Part shown: positions 33,111 through 44,957 of the stretch, piece by piece
How the letters are laid out: the number at the start of each line of letters is the position of its first letter
Numbering within the stretch: position 1 is the first letter of the stretch
Assembly (NCBI GenBank): GCA_000002445.1
Contig: CP000066.1
Span: 832,001-896,000, forward strand
Direction: 5' to 3'
Length of the DNA: 64,000 nt
Source of the DNA: Trypanosoma brucei
Lineage: Eukaryota
The notes under the pieces: model-generated
The model's database searches: none
What the model saw: the letters and a program-made list of their open reading frames with translations, nothing else
Told to the model about the DNA's origin: nothing
Program-made: the position numbers and the translations under genes

Positions 33111-34256
33111 CTATGGTATAAGTCTCTGCCACTGCTGTGCGGTAGTTGGCTTCCGCTGCGGTCGCCTGAAGCTTTCACATCGATCCTGTCTCAGTGTCAA
33201 AACTTCAATGGATCCCCCAGCGCTACACTTAATGAGTCTTCGTTGAAGCTGTGGATGGGCATGGAAAGATTCTATTGAAACTTTAGAAGAGCGCAGCACC
33301 TCATCGATTACATCAGCAATAACGTAGAGGGTTGTGTCCAGCTTCGCTCCCATCTGTTTCAACCCCATGAAGTCTGTGACGAGAAGCCCATTCCGAGGGT
33401 TTGCCCTTAAACACTCGGACATGTTGTCGATTAGTATAACACGATCCAGAGGCCTACCGAGGCTAGTCAAGTCCTTTACACAACCCGGGCCTTCTGTCCA
33501 CCACTTTTTGCTCCGGTAAACGCAGTGCTTAATACAACTAGCAGGGTCAATCATCCGTAGCACCTCCATCGCATACAGCCTCTCACCCGCCGTCCACACA
33601 AGCACCTCACAACGGCCGCGCAGCACATCAAAGAGCCGCTGTGAGCCAGGCCTCGGCACGATAGTACCTTCGCGTGAATACACGAGGGTCTCATCGAGGT
33701 CAAGCACAACAACGAGCTTTCCCACATCTTCCCCGTCTGGAGGGGGGACCAAAAGGCGTTTCTTCGAGCACCCAACCGACGAGGAACATCGGCCTGTGCC
33801 AGGGCGGGGCAGACGGTCAACTGTCTGTGGAGAGCACCGGCCATATGAAGTGGACATAGCGGATCGAGCACGTCTTGGGCATGGCACTTCGGGTGGCGAC
33901 GGTTGCACAAGGTTTGTCACCATCGAGAGTGTGTCCGCCTTCACTTTGAACAGGGAAGAAGAAACGGGAGGTGGAATACCATGATCCTGGAGGATGGCCT
34001 CCCTGCTCCCGTTGTTAGCAAAAAAACTTTTTGACTTACTACCGTCACAACTGCCCACTCGGTAGTTTAATCTGGGCCTTCCATATATGTCTCCCGATTT
34101 CCCGGAGGGTGCGCGCGGCTCTGGTAGAGTTAATGACGAAACTTGCTTTAACGCAGGGCAGCCTCCACCATAAGTCGAGAAACCTCCAGCGCACTCTGCG
34201 ACCATTGATATTTTTACGTCACCTTCGCCCTCGATCCCTTTCTTTACTAAAAACAC
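33111..34256 (-). CDS. NLI-interacting-factor (FCP1/SCP-like) HAD phosphatase
   Basis: The DxDxT catalytic motif sits in LVVVLDLDETLVYS and is followed by the NIF-domain core (LRPG..F...L...E..V.TA). Confidence 0.65.
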   Translation of the reverse strand: MFLVKKGIEGEGDVKISMVAECAGGFSTYGGGCPALKQVSSLTLPEPRAPSGKSGDIYGRPRLNYRVGSCDGSKSKSFFANNGSREAILQDHGIPPPVSSSLFKVKADTLSMVTNLVQPSPPEVPCPRRARSAMSTSYGRCSPQTVDRLPRPGTGRCSSSVGCSKKRLLVPPPDGEDVGKLVVVLDLDETLVYSREGTIVPRPGSQRLFDVLRGRCEVLVWTAGERLYAMEVLRMIDPASCIKHCVYRSKKWWTEGPGCVKDLTSLGRPLDRVILIDNMSECLRANPRNGLLVTDFMGLKQMGAKLDTTLYVIADVIDEVLRSSKVSIESFHAHPQLQRRLIKCSAGGSIEVLTLRQDRCESFRRPQRKPTTAQQWQRLIP

Positions 34257-34615
34257 ACAACCCCCAATGTTGCGATTTCACGACATGAAAGTAAAGTTTA
34301 TGTGTAGAGTGTGTACGCGGGTATATCGGCATGTGATAGTCAGACGAAAGTTCCTGTGACAAATAATTGCCCTTACGTAAGGGGTTTTGATACAGAACCT
34401 GTTAAGGCCTTCACACCCGTGGTTTGTGGATTTGGAACACCAAAATTTTAAACACATTTCTTCACGTCATTAACATAAAAATAAAAATGGGGTGGGGGAG
34501 CGGGCGTCTCAGCGAAAACGACGGCCGCGGTAAGCAAAGTCGAAACAAAATACCCGCGTGAAAGTGGTATATGATAAGCAGAAATAGGAACTAACACGCG
34601 CAAAAACAAAACTAC

Positions 34616-36391
34616 TCACTCCATGCCGAAGGCGAACACCTCAAACGTGAAAATCGGACGTTCGCAGAAGGAGCGAATGATCTCTTCCGTCAAGTTAGGC
34701 ACTTCAAACAGCTTCACAAAATTCCAACGAGGAGTTTGTGTATCGGTGCTGGCCCGCGTAGCAAAGTACCTTTCCTCATTATCAAACAACATGCTGAACC
34801 TGCAAAATACATGGGCACAGCAAGATTCCGGAATGCCAACGGCACCTACAACATTGAGACAAAAGCGAAGACTCTCCCCCACAAGTATCATGGGGTCCTC
34901 ACGCGCGTAGGCATGCGGATCACAAGGGAATAGCTGGATGTGGAGCTTCGCCTCAGTCAAAAATCCATAGTCATTTAAAAGACCCAGGGTGAATGAGCGT
35001 CGACCTCCTAACATAATACTCTTGGCCGAGATACTAGACTTTCCCTTGAAGTACTGTGTTGCGAGCCTGCCGTCAAGTGAAGCTATACAACCTTTGGTAG
35101 CCGCTTCCACCCTCCGTCGTAGGGCAATGTTACCAAGACGGATACTGTTCACTGCTCTAACTAGGTTCATATTCGTGTTCGACTGGGTATCAGAAGATGC
35201 TAGCGAGCGCCTAAGAGAATCACGTTCCCATATCAATTTGGAGAGCTCCTCCTGCTTTTTCAACCTCTCAGATCCCAATGATCCTAGCTTCTCCTCAAGA
35301 TGCACTGCACACTCCCTCAGTCGCTTCAATTCGTCACTCCCTGTCGCCTCATTAACTCTAACTTTGTTGGTAATTGCCGACGCGTTCTGTGCATACTCAA
35401 GTGTGGATATTGTCTCGGTTAAGTTCGAGGCGGAAGGGGACACTGTCGCAAGCATCCACGTTTTGCTGTTACCACCAAAGCTCTCTGAGAGAAGCCGAGT
35501 CAGTTTCGACGCGCGCAACGAGATGAAACCGTCACTCCCCTTCCGATCACTAAAGGAGTTCAGCGCCCGCCCGAGCATCAGAAGAGATTGGTTTATCTTC
35601 TTCGCTTCCTCAAAGGCAAGACCAGTGGATTCTGCTTTGCTCTGCCGCTCGCTTCCCGCCAAGTCCACCAGCATCGCAACACTTTCCACATCCTTCGTCT
35701 CAAGTGATTCGTGCTGCTGGGAAATAGTAAGCTGAATAATGGCATGCGATCGGGAGCTGGTTTCGTTCATTTTTGTCTCTCCCTTTTGCCGGTTAGCATT
35801 GCCGATGCTGAGTAACTCCATCAGACGATCCAAACTCAGCACAGGGTGTATACCAGCACCCTTCACATAAACACGTCGCTGATTGTCCTCATGAATTTCT
35901 AGCGCCTCCGGCTCCTGTCCTCGCACACGCGGGGCGAGCAGATCGCGCACCTTCTCCATATACACTTCTACCATTGTCAAGGAAAATCTGATCGTTGCGC
36001 GATTGTCCGCTTCCATACGGCGCTGGCCCTCCTCAATCATTGCCTGAGCAAAGCGCGGTGCAATTCCACACCTCGTCTTATCGTTCAGATCACCAAAAAG
36101 ACTATATGTTTTCCCTGTCCCCGTCTGCCCATATGCAAATAAACAAACATTGAAGCCTTCAAACGCCTCCTTCAGCATCGGTCTCCCAACAAAATCATAG
36201 ACCTCCTCCTGAGAGCCAGTGAACACTCGGTCGAATTTGAGGGCAGAGCCACCTTTAGTGCCCTCACCGTCTATCACAACGACATGATTGTCATCCGGGT
36301 CGCCGTGTACCACTGACCTCTCACCCTGACGCGTAGGGAAAATACGGACTCCCACCTGAACTCGGGTCCCCGTTCCCACAGAGTCATGCAT
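34616..36391 (-). CDS. kinesin (N-terminal motor domain), tail variant A
   Basis: P-loop GQTGTGKTY, switch I SSRSHAI and switch II LVDLAGSER. The motor is about 98% identical to the neighbouring gene, and the tail is unique. Confidence 0.9.
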   Translation of the reverse strand: MHDSVGTGTRVQVGVRIFPTRQGERSVVHGDPDDNHVVVIDGEGTKGGSALKFDRVFTGSQEEVYDFVGRPMLKEAFEGFNVCLFAYGQTGTGKTYSLFGDLNDKTRCGIAPRFAQAMIEEGQRRMEADNRATIRFSLTMVEVYMEKVRDLLAPRVRGQEPEALEIHEDNQRRVYVKGAGIHPVLSLDRLMELLSIGNANRQKGETKMNETSSRSHAIIQLTISQQHESLETKDVESVAMLVDLAGSERQSKAESTGLAFEEAKKINQSLLMLGRALNSFSDRKGSDGFISLRASKLTRLLSESFGGNSKTWMLATVSPSASNLTETISTLEYAQNASAITNKVRVNEATGSDELKRLRECAVHLEEKLGSLGSERLKKQEELSKLIWERDSLRRSLASSDTQSNTNMNLVRAVNSIRLGNIALRRRVEAATKGCIASLDGRLATQYFKGKSSISAKSIMLGGRRSFTLGLLNDYGFLTEAKLHIQLFPCDPHAYAREDPMILVGESLRFCLNVVGAVGIPESCCAHVFCRFSMLFDNEERYFATRASTDTQTPRWNFVKLFEVPNLTEEIIRSFCERPIFTFEVFAFGME

Positions 36392-38467
36392 TTCTAATAT
36401 CTAATATAAAGAACAACCTACCCTCAAGAGGCGAAGGGAAAAAATACATAATTGGGGGCCCAAATTCATACCCACTCCATCATGACGTTTTCCCACGTGT
36501 GGCCATGTGTCCTAAGTCCAGTTAAGTGCAAATAGAGGCAAGAGATATATGCATAGCTGGTTCACCACGTCAATCACATGAAACAAACCTACTGATAGCG
36601 AACCAACTGTACAAACACACAGCAAGGGATCATTTTTGGAAATATCGTCGTTTCCACCTGGTACCATTAAACACATTCAGATAGGATAAACCCGTCAACA
36701 CGAAAGTTTAGCACCTCCGCTCGCAGGAACCTTTCAATGTCCTTTGTATGTGGCCCTAATATATATGTCTGCTTGAGGGAAAACAAGGGGTTGCCGCCAT
36801 TAGACCCTACTATGGGCGTTCTTACGGAACTCGAGGAATGTCCCTCAAACCACATGGTCACCTGGGCCCCTCCCGTCACATAGTCAGGTAAGTGAAGGAT
36901 TTCACGAATACGAACAACAACGGCAACACAATTCTCGTCTGCGAGGTGGATATGTACGTGACAAATCAGAAGAGGAGGTGGCCCCGACAGGTTGTAACAT
37001 TGGACAACCATTGTTTCTACCTCAGAACCCCCTAACGGTATACTTCCCAGGGAAGTTTTACAGGTCCCATAAAAGCATGAAAGCGGTGGCTGAGCATGAA
37101 CGCTTGAAGAAGCATCTTGCCCTAAGGCGCTTTTAAGATGCAACAGCAGCTTCTCGCGCTCCTCAAGGGCCTCTCTCAACTCCACTTCAACGTCAAAATC
37201 ACATCTGCAAGATAACATGTTCTGGAGAAACTGAATTTCGTCACGAGCAGAAATTATGTCAACATCCAAATCCGAAACAACTTTCGCTTCACAGCCAAGT
37301 TGTTCCTTTAGTGTTGCAACACGAGACTGTATCGCTTCAAAATTTAGCCTCCTTTCCGCTCTGTTGACTCTAACTTTGTTGGTAATTGCCGACGCGTTCT
37401 GTGCATACTCAAGTGTGGATATTGTCTCGGTTAAGTTCGAGGCGGAAGGGGACACTGTCGCAAGCATCCACGTTTTGCTGTTACCACCAAAGCTCTCTGA
37501 GAGAAGCCGAGTCAGTTTCGACGCGCGCAACGAGATGAAACCCCCATTCCCCTTCCGGTCACTAAAGGAGTTCAGCGCCCGCCCGAGCATCAGAAGAGAT
37601 TGGTTTATCTTCTTCGCTTCCTCAAAGGCAAGACCAGTGGATTCTGCTTTGCTCTGCCGCTCGCTTCCCGCCAAGTCCACCAGCATCGCAACACTTTCCA
37701 CATCCTTCGTCTCAAGTGATTCGTGCTGCTGGGAAATAGTAAGCTGAATAATGGCATGCGATCGGGAGCTGGTTTCGTTCATTTTTGTCTCTCCCTTTTG
37801 CCGGTTAGCATTGCCGATGCTGAGTAACTCCATCAGACGATCCAAACTCAGCACAGGGTGTATACCAGCACCCTTCACATAAACACGTCGCTGATTGTCC
37901 TCATGAATTTCTAGCGCCTCCGGCTCCTGTCCTCGCACACGCGGGGCGAGCAGATCGCGCACCTTCTCCATATACACTTCTACCATTGTCAAGGAAAATC
38001 TGATCGTTGCGCGATTGTCCGCTTCCATACGGCGCTGGCCCTCCTCAATCATTGCCTGAGCAAAGCGCGGTGCAATTCCACACCTCGTCTTATCGTTCAG
38101 ATCACCAAAAAGACTATATGTTTTCCCTGTCCCCGTCTGCCCATATGCAAATAAACAAACATTGAAGCCTTCAAACGCCTCCTTCAGCATCGGTCTCCCA
38201 ACAAAATCATAGACCTCCTCCTGAGAGCCAGTGAACACTCGGTCGAATTTGAGGGCAGAGCCACCTTTAGTGCCCTCACCGTCTATCACAACGACATGAT
38301 TGTCATCCGGGTCGCCGTGTACCACTGACCTCTCACCCTGACGCGTAGGGAAAATACGGACTCCCACCTGAACTCGGGTCCCCGTTCCCACAGAGTCATG
38401 CATTTCTAATATCTAATATAAAGAACAACCTACCCTCAAGAGGCGAAGGGGGAAAATACATAATCGT
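35356..38467. repeat. tandem segmental duplication (2012-bp period) covering the kinesin 5' flank plus motor-domain coding region
   Basis: 35356-36455 is nearly identical to 37368-38467, including a 50-bp identical 5' flank (atttctaatatctaatataaagaacaacctaccctcaagaggcgaaggg). The 3' halves of the genes are unrelated. Confidence 0.85.
36667..38403 (-). CDS. kinesin (N-terminal motor domain), tail variant B
   Basis: The same motor domain as the gene at 34616..36391 (two substitutions across about 340 aa) with a completely different C-terminal 230 aa. Confidence 0.9.
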   Translation of the reverse strand: MHDSVGTGTRVQVGVRIFPTRQGERSVVHGDPDDNHVVVIDGEGTKGGSALKFDRVFTGSQEEVYDFVGRPMLKEAFEGFNVCLFAYGQTGTGKTYSLFGDLNDKTRCGIAPRFAQAMIEEGQRRMEADNRATIRFSLTMVEVYMEKVRDLLAPRVRGQEPEALEIHEDNQRRVYVKGAGIHPVLSLDRLMELLSIGNANRQKGETKMNETSSRSHAIIQLTISQQHESLETKDVESVAMLVDLAGSERQSKAESTGLAFEEAKKINQSLLMLGRALNSFSDRKGNGGFISLRASKLTRLLSESFGGNSKTWMLATVSPSASNLTETISTLEYAQNASAITNKVRVNRAERRLNFEAIQSRVATLKEQLGCEAKVVSDLDVDIISARDEIQFLQNMLSCRCDFDVEVELREALEEREKLLLHLKSALGQDASSSVHAQPPLSCFYGTCKTSLGSIPLGGSEVETMVVQCYNLSGPPPLLICHVHIHLADENCVAVVVRIREILHLPDYVTGGAQVTMWFEGHSSSSVRTPIVGSNGGNPLFSLKQTYILGPHTKDIERFLRAEVLNFRVDGFILSECV

Positions 38468-39163
38468 TACCATTTGTGTGATAGCACCATAGCACCCTGA
38501 AGACCACAAAAGCACTTCAAAGCCACACAATAAGAAACTCAACAGTGCAGTTATAGCATTCATACGTGAGAGTCAAGGAAATGAAAAGAAATATAAAAAC
38601 AAAAAAGCATGTTCTGCGTCTCATTTTAATACGATGCTCTAACGAGCCGTGTCAAAGTGGGCATAGTCCCGTTCAGGAAGAAGGCTAACTGAATCAATGT
38701 TGTAAGTCCTTTCCGCACCAACCCTGGCATGTTCGTGTCCTTTTATGTAATCTTTAGTGGGAAAATAATACAATACCTCGTTGACAACCTTTGTTTTACT
38801 TCCCCCTCCCCCCCCCCCCATGTGCTTCTCGCCGAGCAACTTCAGCCGACGCAAAGCTCACTGAAATATGTCCCTTCAAACACTAACAGTAATCGTCGGA
38901 AACGGTTGTTTGTAGAACGGTAGATAGTAAAGCGCAAAACGTTGTACACCCACTGAGGGGGGCGGCACAATTTTAAATATTTTTTTAATTGTGTGGAAGT
39001 ATTCGATGTTTCTCCCATGCTAATGACACTGTGATTGTTCCTGTCTCCCTTTATGCTTCGTCTTCTCTCCCCTACCCTGACATCAACTGCTTATTGGCCT
39101 CAGCGAAACTTGATATTATTTATAAATAACCCCAATATCTACTTCGCTAACTGGAGTTGGCAC

Positions 39164-40525
39164 TTAGGAGGTCACCATGTCCCTGGTGTAATGGTTAAAA
39201 AACGCCTCAAGAAGGTTCTTCAGATGAAGCAAATCGGCGGTCCCACACATCTCGCGAATGCTGTGCATGCTTAGCATCGGATTGCCCAAATCGACTGTTT
39301 GGATACCTGATAACGAGGACAAGATCGGCCCTATGGTTGAACCACACGGGGAATCATTCTTCACGCAAAATTCCTGAATGGGCACAGAAGCTCTTTTAGC
39401 GATTGCTTTTACAATCGCAGCGGTGACGCCATTTGTGGCATAGCGCATGTTTGCATTGTATTTGATGACTGGTCCCCGGTGAATAAGGGGGCGATGTTTT
39501 TCTTCGTGTTTATCCTGATAGTTAGGATGAACCGCGTGAGCGCCATCAACTGACATTAAGAATGAGTTAGCCACGAGCTGTGCACGAAGTCCTCCAGATG
39601 CAGAAATGTATTCAATCACATCTGGAACGAGTGAACCCCCGGCACCTTGAGAAGTAGATGATCCCACTTCTTCGTTATCGAAAAGGCACACCATTCTTAT
39701 CATGTTTTCTTCTTCCAGAGTTTTGTCTGATTCGAGAAGGGCTTTCACTCCGCAAAAACATGAAATAAGGTTATCAAGACGGGGTGCATATATGAATTCA
39801 TCGTTTGCCCCACCAACAACAGCATCCTGTGTATCGACTACGCTCAAGTCATAGTCGACTATCTCACTGGGCCGGCAACCAAGGGACTCCGCAAGCAAAA
39901 TAAGCAGCTGAGAGTTATGATGCTCGCTCACATCTCCATTTGGTGTGTGTGAGAGAGTAGTTGCTATTACAGGAACCAGATGTTTTTCTTTGTTTGGTCC
40001 GAACGCATTTCGCTCTTCCACTGACTGAAGGTGAATGGCGAGGGTTGGAATTCGCATAATCGGTTTATTCACCTTGACCAACCGTTTTACCAACTTAGAG
40101 GAGGAAATTATAACCCTTCCTGCAACAGTTAAATCACGATCAAACCAAGTGTGCCACAAGCCACCCCCGTAGCATTGTACCGCAACACCCTGGTAGTCAC
40201 TCCTCCCGGCCAGTGTTCGTGGTTTCAGTGCAAGATTCGGTGAATCGGTGTGAGCTCCAACAATTTTGAGTCCGTTTTCAGCTACGAACCGCCCTCCAAC
40301 GGAGAAGGCGACGAGACTACTGTCGTTTCTGGTTATAAAATACCTGTATCCATTCGTTAACTTAGGCCACGTTTCACCTTCCTTTAGTCTTTGGTAACCA
40401 GCGTTCGACAACCAAGATGAAAGTACCTCTACCGCATGAAAGGGGGTACATGCCTCATTTATAAAGTTGACAAACTCCTTCGCAAGCTGGGTTACAGGCG
40501 GTGAGTCAAGTGGCAACATAGACAA
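39164..40525 (-). CDS. aspartyl aminopeptidase (peptidase family M18)
   Basis: A 453-aa protein with the M18 signature GAHTDSPNLALKP, metal-binding His/Asp/Glu blocks, and a conserved C-terminal HSIRE region. Confidence 0.88.
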   Translation of the reverse strand: MSMLPLDSPPVTQLAKEFVNFINEACTPFHAVEVLSSWLSNAGYQRLKEGETWPKLTNGYRYFITRNDSSLVAFSVGGRFVAENGLKIVGAHTDSPNLALKPRTLAGRSDYQGVAVQCYGGGLWHTWFDRDLTVAGRVIISSSKLVKRLVKVNKPIMRIPTLAIHLQSVEERNAFGPNKEKHLVPVIATTLSHTPNGDVSEHHNSQLLILLAESLGCRPSEIVDYDLSVVDTQDAVVGGANDEFIYAPRLDNLISCFCGVKALLESDKTLEEENMIRMVCLFDNEEVGSSTSQGAGGSLVPDVIEYISASGGLRAQLVANSFLMSVDGAHAVHPNYQDKHEEKHRPLIHRGPVIKYNANMRYATNGVTAAIVKAIAKRASVPIQEFCVKNDSPCGSTIGPILSSLSGIQTVDLGNPMLSMHSIREMCGTADLLHLKNLLEAFFNHYTRDMVTS

Positions 40526-41005
40526 ATCGTGTGAGACTTACTAATATATATATATATATAAATATACCACGGGAAAGGAATGGTAATGAAAAATGCTCGA
40601 TACACACTGTATCAGCAACTGCAGTAAGTCATCACAAAAAGGCGTTTCATATCCTTTTATTTAACCTTTGACAGAAACCGGGATGGAACCGGTTACCTAG
40701 TTTCGTACGGTGAATTCCAACTCAGATTGAGGAACCGTAAAAGAAAATGAAGGAACTTCACGACGACCAAAAAAGTCGTTTGTTACATGAGTAAGCGGAA
40801 TGATATCAACACCACTTCCCTTATATTTTTCAAAAATGATAATAATAACAATAATAATAATAACTGGAAATTTTCTTGTGGGCTCAAGATAACGAGCTCC
40901 ATTACCACCGCCTAAACCATTAACATCAATGTGGAGAGAAGTAAATAGGCATGTTCCGCTGCTCTCCACCATCTTACTGTCAGGACTTTTTTTTACGCAG
41001 CGAGT

Positions 41006-41248
41006 TCACTCGGATCGATCCAACAACAAGTCCGTAAGAAAAAAAAAATAACTAACATTGGCAATACCCCAGTAGCACCACATAAACTCCTCGATAGGAG
41101 AATAAAAATGGGGACAAAACACAGAATCACGATACATATTCATAGATATATATTCAATACCTGTAGCAACCGAGCAATAAAATTGTGCTCGTACTGGGCG
41201 GTTCACAGGCTGCTTGTAGTGTCTAATCAAATTGTCGGTCGTAGCCAT
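41006..41248 (-). CDS. small hypothetical ORF (80 aa) at the head of the gene cluster
   Basis: It runs in the same orientation as the cluster, from MATTDNLIRHYKQ... to a stop codon. No domain was recognised, and it could be spurious. Confidence 0.2.
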   Translation of the reverse strand: MATTDNLIRHYKQPVNRPVRAQFYCSVATGIEYISMNMYRDSVFCPHFYSPIEEFMWCYWGIANVSYFFFLTDLLLDRSE

Positions 41249-43658
41249 ATCCCTCACAAAGGAAGAAAGGATGACCGCATAAACTCGGCGGTTGCCCCAG
41301 TCAGCACACCAACTGACTATTATTAAAAACTCCAGCCCTCCCTCCTTTCCACTTCGACACAAGCATCAAAACACCCGCAATCACTAATATGTGTAATCAC
41401 CTCGATGGAAGAAAACATATAAGAAAGGGTGACGAACTCTCATACTGACCTGAGTGTTCTGTAATAATCGTACAGCAGACCTTTACTGCGAGCGCAAAAT
41501 CAACTGAAAATGGTAACCCACACTACTCAACCGACCTTAATATATGATGGCAACGACGCTACGCACGTTATCACGAACATGAATAGACGCAGCGCGACGT
41601 TACAAGGAGGCACGCCATTCTAACTTGATTTTTTTTTTTGCGTGAATTAGTACTCCTTAAAAAGGAAAACATCTCTATCAACAAGCAATAATCCATATCC
41701 CTCCTCCCTCCCTCTGCACTAAGATTACAAAAACGACCGGACGACGTGACAATTGGTATTCAAGTAAACAAGTCATCCATACTGAACAAAACCCGGCCAG
41801 TTACTCAAAAACAGTCCCCCTCCATTAAAAAAAAAATGTTGGTAGTGTCAGCATCACACAATCACTCCCACTGCAATTCCCTTAAATCCAACAAGTCAGT
41901 TGATAGCCGATTAAAAAAAAGCTAAGATCGAATATATTATTTGATTAGCATACTACCTTGTTTAGTCACTTAGCATCTTTAAAAAAAAAATGAGAGCATG
42001 GCAACACTCGTACACCCTTGCCTCTGATTCAACCTGATACAATGTAACTGAAGGTGAATCGGAAGAAGTAACACACCCAACGGAACTTAAACACTCCCTA
42101 CTCGCAGCCCCAAGAATTGTAGGTGCAAGTCCAATGCCACAGTATCGAAAAAAAAGTCCAAACAGAAACAACCTTTTATTGTATATACCACACCTTTGCA
42201 ACATCGAGTGCAGGTGGACAATATCTCGCACACAAGTAGGTGGTTGAGATCGGCGAAAATAAGGTCATCCTCAGACGTAAAACTGCACCTGAAGGGCCTG
42301 TCAGCCCCACGCTACCCTTTCTACAAATTTTGCATGCTAAACAGTAAAAAAAAGAAAGAAAGAAATGGTTGGATTGCTGAACTCGGAGCTTCACGTTTTC
42401 CAGAAGTGCGCTCGTTCTTCAGAAGAGGGAAGAAGTCACCAAAATTCATAACAAAATCCATGACCGCGCTGGGAGCATCCAAAGGGGTGATGACAGCCCC
42501 TCATGCATCTATCCTGTAAAAGAACGATTGACCCCACGGTAAATGCGAGGACAAAACCGCGGGATCCCGACGTACTCCAGCCTGCGCGGTCAAGGTTAAA
42601 AAGGCTAAGTGAGGAACGAAATCACCAAGTTCTATTTTTAAAAAAAACGGGTGCTTTTAATCACTGAAAGCAAGCCAGAGAGCCCTTCCCTGTTCACCCC
42701 CTTGACAGGGCCACGTCACCCCGCAAACCCCACCGGCAGCCGACTGCGCACAAATACTCCGCAGTAAAAACGAAAAAATTATCAGAAGATATCAATCAAC
42801 CCAACAGTCCCAGAAAGCTCTTTCACACCCAAAAAAATCCCAAAGTCCCCACAGCGGTAGATAAATCGATACCGAAAAAAAAAAGGTCGCCCGCACCTCT
42901 ATTCCATACATTACCCAAGTAACGCAGGGAGAAAGAGCCAAATTCCACCTATTAACGCGGAATCATCTGCAGTGCCCTCATCACCCCTCGAACCAGCCGA
43001 CACCTTCTGTGCGCTAGAAGTGCTTGAAACTTCACACGGACCTCATGTGCACTAACGGAGCCTATCAACATCTCGAAGCGATACCCGTTTCGTCCTAAAC
43101 ACTTCCTCACAGACATGTCTCACTATAACAAAATATATACGCACCACTACGAACACCAGGTCTATGCCTGGTCGACCGTTACGCAACAAACAAAAAACTC
43201 TCCTCCTACCGATGTACCAAACAATAAGCACCCGCATGCATACCTCCTTTCTTTAATCAAAACGTTTAAAAAAAGTGTCCAGAGGAAAAGGGAAGAGAGA
43301 TGGAAAGAAGCCACGCTCAACCCACCTTATTAAAAAAGAAAAAAGCAAACCGACCTCCCCCCAGCCCGCCCACCCCATACACACCCCATTTTTTTTTGAA
43401 ATTTTCTTCGTGCCTTCGCGAGAGTTTCCCCCCACTGGCGCGGCCATCAGCCATCACCGTAGAGCTCTGAGATGCTATCGGTCTGGCGACTGTGGCAGAG
43501 TCTCCCTTTTTTATTCAGCCCAACACACTCTCTATAATTTTTGTTGTATTTCCGCGGCTGAACGGAATACAGCAGATGGGGCGAGAAGCCCCCCACCCTG
43601 GACTCTCCCAAAGATGTCAATTGGCAATCCTTTTGTTTTGATTTTTGTTATTCGTTTA

Positions 43659-44957
43659 TTATTCTCTCTCCCTCTTTCTGTTTCTGTTGCTTGTTGACTG
43701 CATACCTCCTCTGTCTCTGAGGGTGTCTGGACTATTCCTGCGTCCGGTGCTTTTCCTGCTAGCTCCACCCTCGGCAATAAGGGGGGAAGTTGCAGAAGGG
43801 AGAGTGGGTTGTATGACTGTTACATTAGGGGAGGACTTCACCCGCGGCCGGCTCCGTTCAACCGCAATGAGAAATTGCGCCAGCCTTTTGGAGAAACATA
43901 TATCCTGCACACACACCCCCTCTACCGCAAACCTGACACGTAACTCCTTCAAACCGGGACAGCTCATCAAGTGCAGCGACGTTTCTTCGCAGTCGCCGCG
44001 TTGGCTGGTAACAGCGCGCTCTACTTTCATACCGCGCATCTTCTTTTGATGTAGGGTGAGGCCAGTTTTGCTAGCACACTGCCTTCCGCATGTCGGGCAC
44101 ACCAACATGGATGTGTTTGTATGCGGGGAATCAGTGGCACACAATTTTGTGCTTTTGCTGCATTTAAGCTCGACTCCCTCACCTTTGTGGAAAGCCTTGC
44201 AGTGTCGGATGAGGGAGTCCCTGCAACTGAGCACTTTTTGGCACACACCACACTGCACCTCGCCTTTCCCCGGGACGTCAACGTTTCCCTCACGGGTACG
44301 CTTACGAGGGAATTGCACCACCACCACGGTACCGTCCTCCGTCACTATGCTCTTATGTTTGAATTTCTTGCGTAGTGACAGGGAAGAGCGTGTACCGAAG
44401 CTCGCCTCGCACAGGTCACATTGAAACGGCAGCTCCTGTGTATCCTGAGGGGCTGGCGCTGCTGGGACGCTACCATCTCCTTGCAATGAGTCCTCGTTCT
44501 CTCGCCCCCTTTTCACGCGGTAACTACCGCTGCCTATGCCATGTATTGTTCTAAGGTGGTGTAATAGTCGGCCTGGCACTGCGAATTTGGAGGCACAGAG
44601 GGTACAATGAAGCACCTGCGGTCTCATCGGGACTCGTGTGCTCGGTGGTAGAGGAACGATCGCCACCACTGGAGGGGGCTCCGGGGGGATATCCACTATA
44701 GGTGTTGCATCGCCGTATTTGATCCTCCGGAGGGCATCAGCTCGCACAAAGCCGTGTGTGTTTACCATGTGCGTTACAGCACTCGAGCGGCATTGGTATG
44801 TGGCATCACATACCGTACATTTGGTTGGTTCGGAGGTTCTCTGAACAGTGCGTGTCGCAACAGGTGGGGCTGTTTGTATTGTTGGTTCTATCGCTGTATG
44901 TTGCGGGTTACACCATCGGCACTGCGGGGGCACACTCGGGTTGATCTTCCGCAACAT
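43659..44957 (-). pseudogene. retroelement ORF fragment: C2H2 zinc-finger (nucleic-acid chaperone-like) C-terminal domain
   Basis: At least five Cx2Cx12Hx3-5H fingers (for example CTVCDATYQCRSSAVTHMVNTHG and CTLCASKFAVPGRLLHHLRTIHG), as in the C-terminus of L1Tc/ingi ORFs. Confidence 0.65.

Noticed and set aside
34989-35735. 248-aa and 163-aa plus-strand ORFs inside the kinesin genes
   Set aside because: They are antisense to the kinesin coding sequences.
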